Shown here piece by piece: positions 56,195-64,000 of a stretch of DNA of 64,000 bases. Origin of the DNA: an uncultured Mycoplasma sp. (GTDB taxonomy: Bacteria; Bacillota_I; Bacilli_A; RF39; UBA660). The notes under the pieces were generated by a model that was not told the origin of the DNA, made no database searches, and saw nothing but the letters and a program-made list of their open reading frames with translations. The position numbers and the translations under genes were made by a program. The DNA is taken from the NCBI GenBank assembly GCA_945947035.1, contig CAMEXD010000004.1, positions 2,362-66,361 on the forward strand, given 5' to 3'. Position 1 is the stretch's first letter. Each line of letters opens with the position of its first letter.

Positions 56195-58558
56195 ATGAAT
56201 AGAAGAATTAAAAATGCTAAAACATTTACTAATATTAAATGTATTGGCGATGATGGATTATTAGAACTAAAAAATGGTGGATATGCTTCTTTAATAGAAA
56301 TTAAAGCAGTTGATTTATCATTATCTAGTAATCAAGAGAAAACCAATTTCTTTAATTCATTAAAAGTTTTATATCAAATTAAAGATTTGAATTTAAAATG
56401 TTATAAACTTGATGAGCCAATTAATTTAAATAATAATAAATTGAATTTATCTAAACTTATTGAAAAACTAAAGAATTGTGCTAGAAAAGTATTTCTATTA
56501 AACGAAAGAAAAAGTTTGATAGAAGAATTAGAAGAGAATAATTTTACTGTTTCTAGTATTTATTATTTAGTTGTAATAGCAAAAGATTTAAACATATTAG
56601 AAAGACAACTAGATGAAATAGAAGATTTACTCGCTAATCTTCAACCTAAAATAACAGCAGAAATAATTAATAATAGATTAGAAATATATAAATTTTTATC
56701 TAATTTATATATGTGTAAAAATCCACTTGATTTATTAATGTGGGCAGATTTAATGGAACTAATTGTTCCGTTAAATATTTCTGAAAGAACTAATATGTTA
56801 AAAATAGATGACAATGAAGTTCAAATGGTAACAATTAAAAATATTCCACCATTTGTAGATGAATTGTTTTTTGAAGAGATATTTAATTATCCAAATGTTA
56901 GAAGTTGTATCAATATTAAGGATGCGATAGATCAAGATGAATTAATCAGGTGGGTTAATTCACAATATCAGTTTTTATTATCAGATAGAAATACTACTAA
57001 AAAATTAAGTGATGCAACAGAACTTGATACTCAAAAAGAAAATTTTCAATTACTTATGAATGATATAAAAAATGGTGATGAAAAAATAAAAGAAGTATCT
57101 TTAATTTTAATGGTTACTGGTAATAAAAAAGAACGAGATGAAATAATCAGAGATTTAAAAAGAATAGTTGAAAGGTATCAAATAAAATTAGATATTCCAA
57201 GACTTCGTCAAATGGAAACTTTTCAATGTTTTGATATAACTAATCTTTCTTTAAAGGATTATTCAGTTTATTTACCAACACTTACTTTAAGTGCAGGTTT
57301 TCCATTCACTAAAACATATTTTAATGATTCAACAGGATATATGCTAGGAGTTGATATTCATACAAGTTTACCAATCTTCTTTGATCCATTTGTTTTAAAT
57401 AATAAAAGAACTTCTCATAATGTAGCAATTATATCTTCAACCGGTGGAGGTAAAAGTTTTACTATGAAGAAAATGATTGTTAATGAATATGCAAGAGGAA
57501 CTAAAATTTTTATTTTTGATGCAGAAAATGGGTATGAAAAATTAGTTAAAGCAAATGATGGAGAATATATAGATTTGTATTCTAAAAAAGGTGGAATGAT
57601 TAATCCACTTCAAATAAGATATATTCCAAGCGATGAGAAACAAGAAACAAAAGAAACAGATTGTCCTCTAGCTAAACACTTAGGATTTTTAGATGCATTT
57701 TTCAAAAGTGCTTTTGATGATATTAAAGAAAAAGAATTAGTTATGCTTTTAGCAATACTTGAGGATTTATATAATAAAAAAGGTATTTATAAAAATACTT
57801 CAATAAATACTTTGCAAGAATTAAGACCAGAAGATTATCCTATATTTTCTGATTTATATAATTATCTTCCAGAATATAAAAAGAAACTAGATAGTATAGA
57901 AAAGCAAAAATTAGTAGATCAGTTAGATGTGTTGTTATCCAGATTTTTAACTGGAACTGATTCATTTTTATTTAATGGTCATACAAATATTGATTTAAAT
58001 AATGATTTAATTGCATTTAATCTTCAAGAACTACTTTATAGTGGTAATCAGAGATTAATAAATACTCAAACATTAAATCTATTAACTTATTTAAATAATA
58101 GTATTGTTGCAAATAAAATAATCAATGTAAAGAGAAATTCTGGTGATAAACAACATATTAGTATTGTTGTTGATGAATTTCATTTATATATTGATGAAAA
58201 CAATAATGAAGTAATTAAGAATTTTGGACAACTTGCAAGAAGATGCAGGAAGTACAACACTAATTTGATTTTATCTAGTCAATGTATATCTGACTTTTTA
58301 GGAAATGCAACAGTTCTTCGTCATGCTTCTGCTATATTTAATAACTGTCAATATACTATGATAGGAATGTTAAAGGAAGATGATTTAAAAGCATATTTAG
58401 AATTATTTAAAAACAATCCTTTAACTGATACTCAAAAAGCATTTCTTTTAGGTGCAAGACGAGGTGAGTTCTTACTTAATATAGACAATAAAACTAGATT
58501 AAGAATATGGATAAGAGCTACCGAAACGGAAAGAGAAATGATGGGGGAGATTGAATAA
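56195..58558 (+). CDS. VirB4/TraE/TcpF-family conjugative ATPase
   Basis: Walker A STGGGKSF, Walker B IVVDEFH, 787 aa. Confidence 0.85.
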   Translation: MNRRIKNAKTFTNIKCIGDDGLLELKNGGYASLIEIKAVDLSLSSNQEKTNFFNSLKVLYQIKDLNLKCYKLDEPINLNNNKLNLSKLIEKLKNCARKVFLLNERKSLIEELEENNFTVSSIYYLVVIAKDLNILERQLDEIEDLLANLQPKITAEIINNRLEIYKFLSNLYMCKNPLDLLMWADLMELIVPLNISERTNMLKIDDNEVQMVTIKNIPPFVDELFFEEIFNYPNVRSCINIKDAIDQDELIRWVNSQYQFLLSDRNTTKKLSDATELDTQKENFQLLMNDIKNGDEKIKEVSLILMVTGNKKERDEIIRDLKRIVERYQIKLDIPRLRQMETFQCFDITNLSLKDYSVYLPTLTLSAGFPFTKTYFNDSTGYMLGVDIHTSLPIFFDPFVLNNKRTSHNVAIISSTGGGKSFTMKKMIVNEYARGTKIFIFDAENGYEKLVKANDGEYIDLYSKKGGMINPLQIRYIPSDEKQETKETDCPLAKHLGFLDAFFKSAFDDIKEKELVMLLAILEDLYNKKGIYKNTSINTLQELRPEDYPIFSDLYNYLPEYKKKLDSIEKQKLVDQLDVLLSRFLTGTDSFLFNGHTNIDLNNDLIAFNLQELLYSGNQRLINTQTLNLLTYLNNSIVANKIINVKRNSGDKQHISIVVDEFHLYIDENNNEVIKNFGQLARRCRKYNTNLILSSQCISDFLGNATVLRHASAIFNNCQYTMIGMLKEDDLKAYLELFKNNPLTDTQKAFLLGARRGEFLLNIDNKTRLRIWIRATETEREMMGEIE

Positions 58559-59346
58559 TGTCAACGAGAAGCAGTATTGCCATTAAAAGAAAAGATGGAA
58601 CAGTTCAAAGTGTATATTGTCATAGTGATGGTTATTTAGAATATAACGGAGTTATGCTTAATAAATTTTATAAAGATCAGAAGAAGATAAATTCGCTTAT
58701 TAATTTAGGTGATTTATCTTTTTTAGATAGAAAAGTTAATCCAGAAAAAGGAATAACACACAGTTTTGATTATGAAAAAAGACAAGAGGGTGTAACTGTT
58801 GCTTATGTTAGAGATAGAAATGATAAAAATACTCAAAAGCATATTCATAAATCGGTAGATGATTATATTAAATCATTTGCTAATTCATGGCAAGAATATG
58901 CTTATTTGTATGATGAAGAAAATCATAAATGGTTATGGTCTGAAATACCTATTGATAATAAAGATGGAATGAACTTTATACCATTAGAAGATACATTAAA
59001 TAAAAAAGGCTTAATGGAACGAGTGGATAAAAAATTCAATGATATAATATGGCAACAAATTGAATTTGAAAAAGGATTTGATATAGGAACTTATAATGAA
59101 GTTTATGAATCAGACGAAGATGCTTATTATGACTATCAAACTTTATTATCAACTCCAAAAGGAATAAAAGGACATATAGAGGCATTAAAAGGTTATATTG
59201 ATGATATGGAAAATGATAATACAGAATTTGTTAAAACAGTACCTAAGAAATTTATCAAGATAGCTAAAAACAATATTAAGTCTTTAGAAAAATATGCAAA
59301 GGAAGTTTATCCTTATTTTGATGAAGTTGAGTTTCCAGAAATATAG
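58558..59346 (+). CDS. hypothetical conjugation-module protein
   Basis: 262 aa, soluble, start overlaps the VirB4 stop. Confidence 0.3.
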   Translation: MSTRSSIAIKRKDGTVQSVYCHSDGYLEYNGVMLNKFYKDQKKINSLINLGDLSFLDRKVNPEKGITHSFDYEKRQEGVTVAYVRDRNDKNTQKHIHKSVDDYIKSFANSWQEYAYLYDEENHKWLWSEIPIDNKDGMNFIPLEDTLNKKGLMERVDKKFNDIIWQQIEFEKGFDIGTYNEVYESDEDAYYDYQTLLSTPKGIKGHIEALKGYIDDMENDNTEFVKTVPKKFIKIAKNNIKSLEKYAKEVYPYFDEVEFPEI

Positions 59347-59355
59347 GAGTTAATA

Positions 59356-60270
59356 TTGAAGAAAAAAGTATTAAAAATCATTTTGGGTTCATCAACAGGA
59401 TTAATTTTTATGTCAATTATAATAATTGTTCCTGTTCTTATGTTATTGGATTTTTTCGGTGCTAATATTACAGATGGCTATATTGAAAATAATAGTGATT
59501 ATGCAGATATGTATCAAAGTGTTGTTAGAAAAAATGTTAAAGCTGGAAATGGCTATGTTTCTCTAAGTAGGATTTTATATTTCTACTTAGAGAACAATCA
59601 ATTAACTTTTGATATGATTTATACTGATAATTTAGATACTGATTTAAAGCAAGAAAAACCAATATCAGAAGTATGTGAATTGAATAGATATAAAATATAT
59701 TCTGTTTGCAATAAAGATGAACTTGAAGATTCTGGACAAATAAATGAGATTCAAAATAAACCTTTTACAAGTCCACTTGATTATGACAAATTAAATGTAA
59801 CGAGTTTTTTTATGCAAGAGAGAATTGTATATGGAACTGCTGATGTTCATCCTGCTTGGGATTTTGCATCACCAGCTCAAACACCAATTTATTCGGTATG
59901 TGATGGTAAAGTAGAAACAGTATCATTTAGATATTCTACTAACACTATTGATAAAAGTGGTGGAGGTGGAAATCAGATAGTAGTGTCTTGTGATGTAGAT
60001 GATATTACTTATAAAGTTAGATATGCTCATCTATATCCCGATTCTTCTACTGTAAAAGAAGGGGATATGGTAACTCAAAATCAAAAAATAGCAACTGTTG
60101 GAACAACAGGATATTCAACAGGAAACCACTTACATTTTCAAGTATCAAAGGATGGAACACCGGTCGATGGATTAAGTTTAATAGATTTTACTAATACTAA
60201 TTATACTAATCCATTTGTAATACCATCTAATCCAAATTATGGACTAGATAATGGATTGTTTTATCCTTAA
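59356..60270 (+). CDS. membrane-anchored M23 (LytM) peptidase, T4SS cell-wall hydrolase
   Basis: N-terminal TM. HPAWD (HxxxD) and GNHLHFQV (HxH) M23 motifs. Confidence 0.8.
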   Translation: MKKKVLKIILGSSTGLIFMSIIIIVPVLMLLDFFGANITDGYIENNSDYADMYQSVVRKNVKAGNGYVSLSRILYFYLENNQLTFDMIYTDNLDTDLKQEKPISEVCELNRYKIYSVCNKDELEDSGQINEIQNKPFTSPLDYDKLNVTSFFMQERIVYGTADVHPAWDFASPAQTPIYSVCDGKVETVSFRYSTNTIDKSGGGGNQIVVSCDVDDITYKVRYAHLYPDSSTVKEGDMVTQNQKIATVGTTGYSTGNHLHFQVSKDGTPVDGLSLIDFTNTNYTNPFVIPSNPNYGLDNGLFYP

Positions 60271-60349
60271 ATCTATATATAAAAAATAAGTATAGATGGA
60301 TTAAATACACACTTGTTGTGGATTATTTTGCAAGTGCAAAATGTGAAAT

Positions 60350-60416
60350 AATATCACTAAAATTGCTGTTTTTACTTATAAAAATGCTAGTAGTGATATT
60401 GTTTCCTTTATCCTGC
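60350..60416 (+). other. candidate oriT: 10-bp inverted repeat AATATCACTA-N31-TAGTGATATT followed 9 nt later by ATCCTGC (MOBP/Q-type nic consensus)
   Basis: Upstream dyad ATTTTGCA-AG-TGCAAAAT at 60325-60342. Sits in front of an RHH gene. Nic core YATCCTG|Y at 60408-60416. Confidence 0.4.
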
Positions 60417-60467
60417 TTACAAATAGTGCTTATTTTTAATATATTTCAATCCATAAAAGGAGGGATT

Positions 60468-60647
60468 ATGTCACATTATTTATTAAGAATAAGAAGTGAA
60501 GTTTACGATAGAATTAGATTATTCGCTAAACAAGAAAATATAAGTATAAACAAAATGATAATCAAACTTATTTCAATAGGTATGATTACATATTTAAAAG
60601 GAGGAATGAGTAATGAAAATGTCGTTAACCAAGTTAATAGCAAATGA
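60468..60647 (+). CDS. ribbon-helix-helix (CopG/Arc-like) protein, candidate relaxosome accessory factor
   Basis: Strong RBS AAAGGAGGG then ATG 60468. MSHYLLRIRSEVYDRIRLFAKQENISINKMIIKLI has the beta-strand/helix-helix pattern. Confidence 0.45.
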   Translation: MSHYLLRIRSEVYDRIRLFAKQENISINKMIIKLISIGMITYLKGGMSNENVVNQVNSK

Positions 60648-61032
60648 TATCATTAACTATGGAATGAATGATACTACAGCTGATCAATATATAGTTTATT
60701 TAGATAGTTATTTAGATGATTTTGATGAGAAATCTAAAAAATATATTTTAGATAATTTAGATCAGATAGTAGAAGATGTAGAATCAAATGATAAAGTTTG
60801 TGATTTAGAATATGATAAAAAAGAAAAATCTTTTGATATGATTTTTTACTGGGATTGTTTATTTAATCCAGTTGATGAATTAGTAATGAATGTATTAAAA
60901 GAAAAAGAAATGGGAGATAAAATTAGAATTTATGAAGTTAAAGGTATTGCTCAAGAAGTTCTAGATGATGAAGGAACAAAGAATTTAGCTTATGAAAAAA
61001 TCTTGAATTATCATACGGAGTTTGAACTATGA
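60613..61032 (+). CDS. acidic hypothetical protein
   Basis: 139 aa. No motif. Confidence 0.3.
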   Translation: MKMSLTKLIANDIINYGMNDTTADQYIVYLDSYLDDFDEKSKKYILDNLDQIVEDVESNDKVCDLEYDKKEKSFDMIFYWDCLFNPVDELVMNVLKEKEMGDKIRIYEVKGIAQEVLDDEGTKNLAYEKILNYHTEFEL

Positions 61033-61421
61033 AGTTAAGGTATTATACTAATACCGAGATTGAAAAAATTAAAAGCAATATGTTTGTAATAGATGTATTG
61101 CATAAAAGAAGAATAGAGTATGATTATGTATTTAAATTATGGTGTGTAATGATGAGATTAAAGTTTCCAGAATTAACTGGTAAACAGATTTTTGAAAGAG
61201 CTGGATTTGATACTTCTATACTTCATGATTATCTTCCATATAGAAGAATTGGTGAATGGGTTAAAAGTTATAAAAAATTTGGAGTATATTATTTTATTCC
61301 AGAAGATGAACCTTATCATTCTATAAAAGTTAAAACTAAAAAACAAAAACTAGATATTTTTAAATTAAAACTTTTAAAGGTTGTTTTAAAAGATTTAAAA
61401 AAATTAGATAAGGATAAATAA
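61029..61421 (+). CDS. hypothetical protein
   Basis: 130 aa basic. Confidence 0.3.
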   Translation: MKLRYYTNTEIEKIKSNMFVIDVLHKRRIEYDYVFKLWCVMMRLKFPELTGKQIFERAGFDTSILHDYLPYRRIGEWVKSYKKFGVYYFIPEDEPYHSIKVKTKKQKLDIFKLKLLKVVLKDLKKLDKDK

Positions 61422-61696
61422 TGTTTAGGGAAGAATACAATTATAGATATGATATTCAAGTAAAGGTTGAATGTGAACATTGTGAGAATAGTTTTATTAG
61501 ACATGATGTTTTAAAAACAACTTATCCAGAAACAAAAGAAAGCTTAGAAGAAATGTATGAAAATAGTTGTGAAGGATTATCAGAAGAAGAAACGACTCAT
61601 TGTGAAAAATGTGATGGTTATATGTTTGAAACTGAAGTTATTAAATTCTTTGAAACTCCAATTACAAAGGAGATAGGCGATATTGAAATTGGATAG
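61421..61696 (+). CDS. zinc-ribbon protein (two CxxC pairs)
   Basis: CEHCEN ... HCEKCDG. Confidence 0.3.
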   Translation: MFREEYNYRYDIQVKVECEHCENSFIRHDVLKTTYPETKESLEEMYENSCEGLSEEETTHCEKCDGYMFETEVIKFFETPITKEIGDIEIG

Positions 61697-62006
61697 ACAT
61701 ATAAAAGTAGATGAAGAACTTCACAATAAGATTTTATTACTGTCTAAAGAATCTAAACTTTCGTATTCTGATGAAGTAAGTTTATTAGTAGAAGAAGCAC
61801 TATCTAATAGAATTAAGCAAACACAGTTAGATAAGATGCAAAATGATATTTTATATTTAGTTAAAAAGGTTAATTTACTATATTTATTAGTTAAGCAGAT
61901 GTATTCAGATTTTAATATTAATCCAAATAATATTACTGATCCTAAAACTAGTCCTGCTTTAAATGAATTTTTAAGAAAGGTTAAAGTTAATAGATTAGAT
62001 GACTAG
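61683..62006 (+). CDS. hypothetical protein, possible RHH/MobC-like accessory
   Basis: N-terminus HIKVDEELHNKILLLSKESKLSYSDEVSLLVEEAL. Confidence 0.25.
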   Translation: MKLDRHIKVDEELHNKILLLSKESKLSYSDEVSLLVEEALSNRIKQTQLDKMQNDILYLVKKVNLLYLLVKQMYSDFNINPNNITDPKTSPALNEFLRKVKVNRLDD

Positions 62007-62724
62007 TCCTAAAGTAATATTCAATTGTAGATTTACTCATGCTTTTAATAGAAAAGAAGCTCATTATACTAAAAAACAAATTGAAGGATTAAAAAAGAAA
62101 ATTGCTCGTAAATTTGATTATTTTTCAAATGAAGAAAAAAGAGTAATGAATCTATTTGAATACTATGTTGGTAATTTAACTAAAAAAGAAACAATGAATC
62201 TTGTAATTGAAAATGGTAAATATGCTACTCCTGAAGAAATAGAAAGAAGGAAGAAAAGATTTATCAAATATGCAGAAAAATCTAACTTATGGCAAGGTGT
62301 CATAAGCTTTAATAATGAGTATTTAACTCAAAATATTACATTACAGGATTTGGAACAGGAAGTAATTAAAAATGTGCTTCCTCGTTTCTTTAAAAAAATG
62401 GGATTTAAAGATATAGATAAAATGGCTTATAATTTATCTCTTCATACTGATACTGATAACTTGCATATTCATTTTAGTTTTATAGAGAAGCAACCTAACT
62501 ATATTTATTATAATAAAAAAGTTGATTATAGAAGAAAAGGTGAACTATCACAAGAAGAAATTGATTTCTTAAAAAATGAAGTTGTCATTGCTGTAGAAAG
62601 GAATCAATTTCTTTCACCTATGATAAAAATGACTAATGATGAAATAGAAAAATTAAAAAAACATTTTAATCCAAAAGAAAAGAATTTTATTTTATATGAT
62701 AAAAAGGATTTATTATTAGAATAA
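61999..62724 (+). CDS. HUH relaxase (MobA/VirD2-type, PF03432-like), N-terminal 241 codons up to an in-frame TAA
   Basis: Histidine-triad motif HTDTDNLHIHFSFI (HxDxxNxHxH). Tyr23 candidate in AHYTKKQ. The same frame continues after TAA 62722-62724 as 62725..63312. Confidence 0.65.
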   Translation: MTSPKVIFNCRFTHAFNRKEAHYTKKQIEGLKKKIARKFDYFSNEEKRVMNLFEYYVGNLTKKETMNLVIENGKYATPEEIERRKKRFIKYAEKSNLWQGVISFNNEYLTQNITLQDLEQEVIKNVLPRFFKKMGFKDIDKMAYNLSLHTDTDNLHIHFSFIEKQPNYIYYNKKVDYRRKGELSQEEIDFLKNEVVIAVERNQFLSPMIKMTNDEIEKLKKHFNPKEKNFILYDKKDLLLE

Positions 62725-63312
62725 AAAATATTAAGAGTTGGTAAATTACTTTATCAAGAAAGAAAAGATAAATATAAAAGAATAAAATTTAATTCTTTAA
62801 GAGATGAAGAAATAAAATCATTAGTGAAAGATATTAAAAAGTATTTATTTAATAGCAAAGGTGAATTTTATAATGATTATGTTGATTTTAAAAGAAGTTT
62901 AAAGAGTATAAATGATTATCTATTTAAGGTTAATATTGATAATAATGTTTCTAATATTGTTATCAATGACAAATACACTACTGAAAAAGAACAATATACA
63001 GATAATTATATATTTAATGCTATTGTTAATCATGCTAATTATTTCTTTAAAAAGAATTCAAAAAAATATCATACTTTAAATGAAGATGATATTTTAAGAG
63101 AAATATTTTTAAATGAATATAAAAAAAATAAACAACAAACAAGAGCTACAATTTTAGAAAACTATTTAACAAATACTGTTAAAACTCAAAAATATAAGAA
63201 TCGTTATAAAGTAAGAAATGCTATTAGAAATATAAATAATGAAATGGAAGAAGCTCAAAAAGAGTTTAGTAAATTATTCCAACCTGATAATTCATATTCT
63301 AAAAATTATTAA
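62725..63312 (+). CDS. relaxase C-terminal continuation (same frame as 61999..62724, separated by a single TAA). Called as ORF 62824..63312
   Basis: Frame identity (both frame 1). Open from 62725. Basic/Asn-rich tail typical of relaxase C-terminal regions. Confidence 0.4.
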   Translation, partial: KILRVGKLLYQERKDKYKRIKFNSLRDEEIKSLVKDIKKYLFNSKGEFYNDYVDFKRSLKSINDYLFKVNIDNNVSNIVINDKYTTEKEQYTDNYIFNAIVNHANYFFKKNSKKYHTLNEDDILREIFLNEYKKNKQQTRATILENYLTNTVKTQKYKNRYKVRNAIRNINNEMEEAQKEFSKLFQPDNSYSKNY

Positions 63313-63336
63313 AGAGAGGAGATGGTTTAATGCCAA

Positions 63337-64000
63337 ATTGGACTATGAATAAAATAACTTGTAAAAAATCAATTGGTGATAAAATACTAACTAAAACTGA
63401 TGATGGATATTCATTTGACTTTAATAAATTAATTCCAATGCCAAAAGAAATGAATATTCCAGCAGGTTCTACAGAACATATTGCAGTAGCTAGTTATTAT
63501 CATTCACTTGATAAACAAGGTAAAAGAGATTTAGAAGACCAACTTGAAAAAAGTAAGGTCTTTTTTGATTCTGATTATTGGAGAAGATATGAAACATATA
63601 TTGATGATTACACAAAAGAACCAGATAAATTAAAAAAGGAAGAAGAAAATTTTAAATATAGAGATAATGAACAAATTAAAAAGTTTAGTTCTTATTCAGA
63701 ATTAGGTAAACAGTATGTAGATAATATCATCAATTATGGATATTCTCAATGGTATGATTGGTGTAGTGAAGTATGGGGAACAAAATGGAATGTTGAAGAT
63801 GAAGTAGATGTTGAATATTATCCAGAAAGTGATGAATATGAAATAGAATTCAACACAGCTTGGTGTGTTCCTTATGGAATAGTTGAAGAATATAGTAAGC
63901 TTTGCTCTGATGAGGAATTTGATTGGCAATATATTAATGAAGATTATGATGGACATCATCATTTGCGAAAACATAATGAAGTAATAAGTGATACTGTCAT
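63337..64000 (+). CDS. hypothetical ICE protein, 5' partial view (continues past window end)
   Basis: RBS GAGAGGAG then ATG 63337. Open to 64000. Contains SEVWGTKWNV ... FNTAWCVP blocks. Confidence 0.4.

Noticed and set aside
60318-60467. First half of ORF 60318..60647 as coding
   Set aside because: It contains perfect inverted repeats and the ATCCTGC nic-like motif. A strong RBS and ATG at 60468 start a self-contained RHH protein. The upstream half translates to hydrophobic low-complexity sequence.
63702-63974. ORF 63702..63974-
   Set aside because: Antisense to the well-formed + strand ORF starting at 63337 with a good RBS. Ile/Phe-rich shadow frame.
1-64000. Alternative genetic code (for example TGA=Trp) because of very low GC
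   Set aside because: Trp is encoded by TGG in conserved positions (for example MraY, PBP). TAA, TAG and TGA all terminate well-defined ORFs. There are no in-frame TGA codons inside conserved domains.
1-64000. CRISPR arrays, rRNA or tRNA genes
   Set aside because: No regularly spaced direct repeats of CRISPR size. No GC-rich stretches with rRNA or tRNA cloverleaf features anywhere in the window.

Overview
This is an AT-rich (about 27% GC) chromosomal window from a spore-forming Firmicute, read with the standard code: TGG encodes Trp and TAA, TAG and TGA all terminate ORFs. It has three blocks. From 1 to 18.4 kb lie housekeeping genes. These run from the mutL 3' end through miaA and rpsT, then a phase-variable surface protein, gpr and spoIIP, and a cell-wall/division (dcw) cluster (mraZ, rsmH, ftsL, a PBP). 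The dcw cluster is rearranged. ftsW, mraY and an N-terminally truncated PBP remnant lie inverted on the minus strand, and trpS, an ASCH gene and a RhuM–Doc(Fic) pair sit between the two halves. From 18.5 to 46 kb lie a small accessory island (two XRE regulators and hypothetical genes) and a large membrane-lipid block. This block holds three PlsC-type acyltransferases, two acyl-CoA synthetases, a patatin, an MGDG-synthase-like glycosyltransferase, CdsA, a GtrA-like protein and an OmpR/histidine-kinase pair. It also holds a radical SAM/SPASM protein, stress proteins, a small alarmone synthetase and an MMPL transporter. A repeated 25–28 nt AT-rich motif follows the terminators ahead of several of these operons. 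From about 46.0 kb to the window end lies what looks like an integrated conjugative element (ICE) that continues past 64000. It carries a sigma-70 region-4 regulator, a GC-rich structured leader and a lipoprotein. It also encodes a roughly 930-aa PxTG adhesin (possible thioester domain plus CnaB repeats) with its own sortase, an HTH_36 protein beside palindromic repeats, and two SSB paralogs. The same module encodes a resolvase-like protein lacking the catalytic serine and a type IV secretion system (T4SS) block of VirB6-like, VirB4 and M23 hydrolase genes. A candidate oriT with an ATCCTG|C nick motif lies next to a ribbon-helix-helix (RHH) gene, near a HUH relaxase interrupted by one in-frame TAA. 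No rRNA, tRNA or CRISPR array was found. The most notable single observation is a G7 tract that places a strong-RBS start codon out of frame with a large FGE-domain surface protein.
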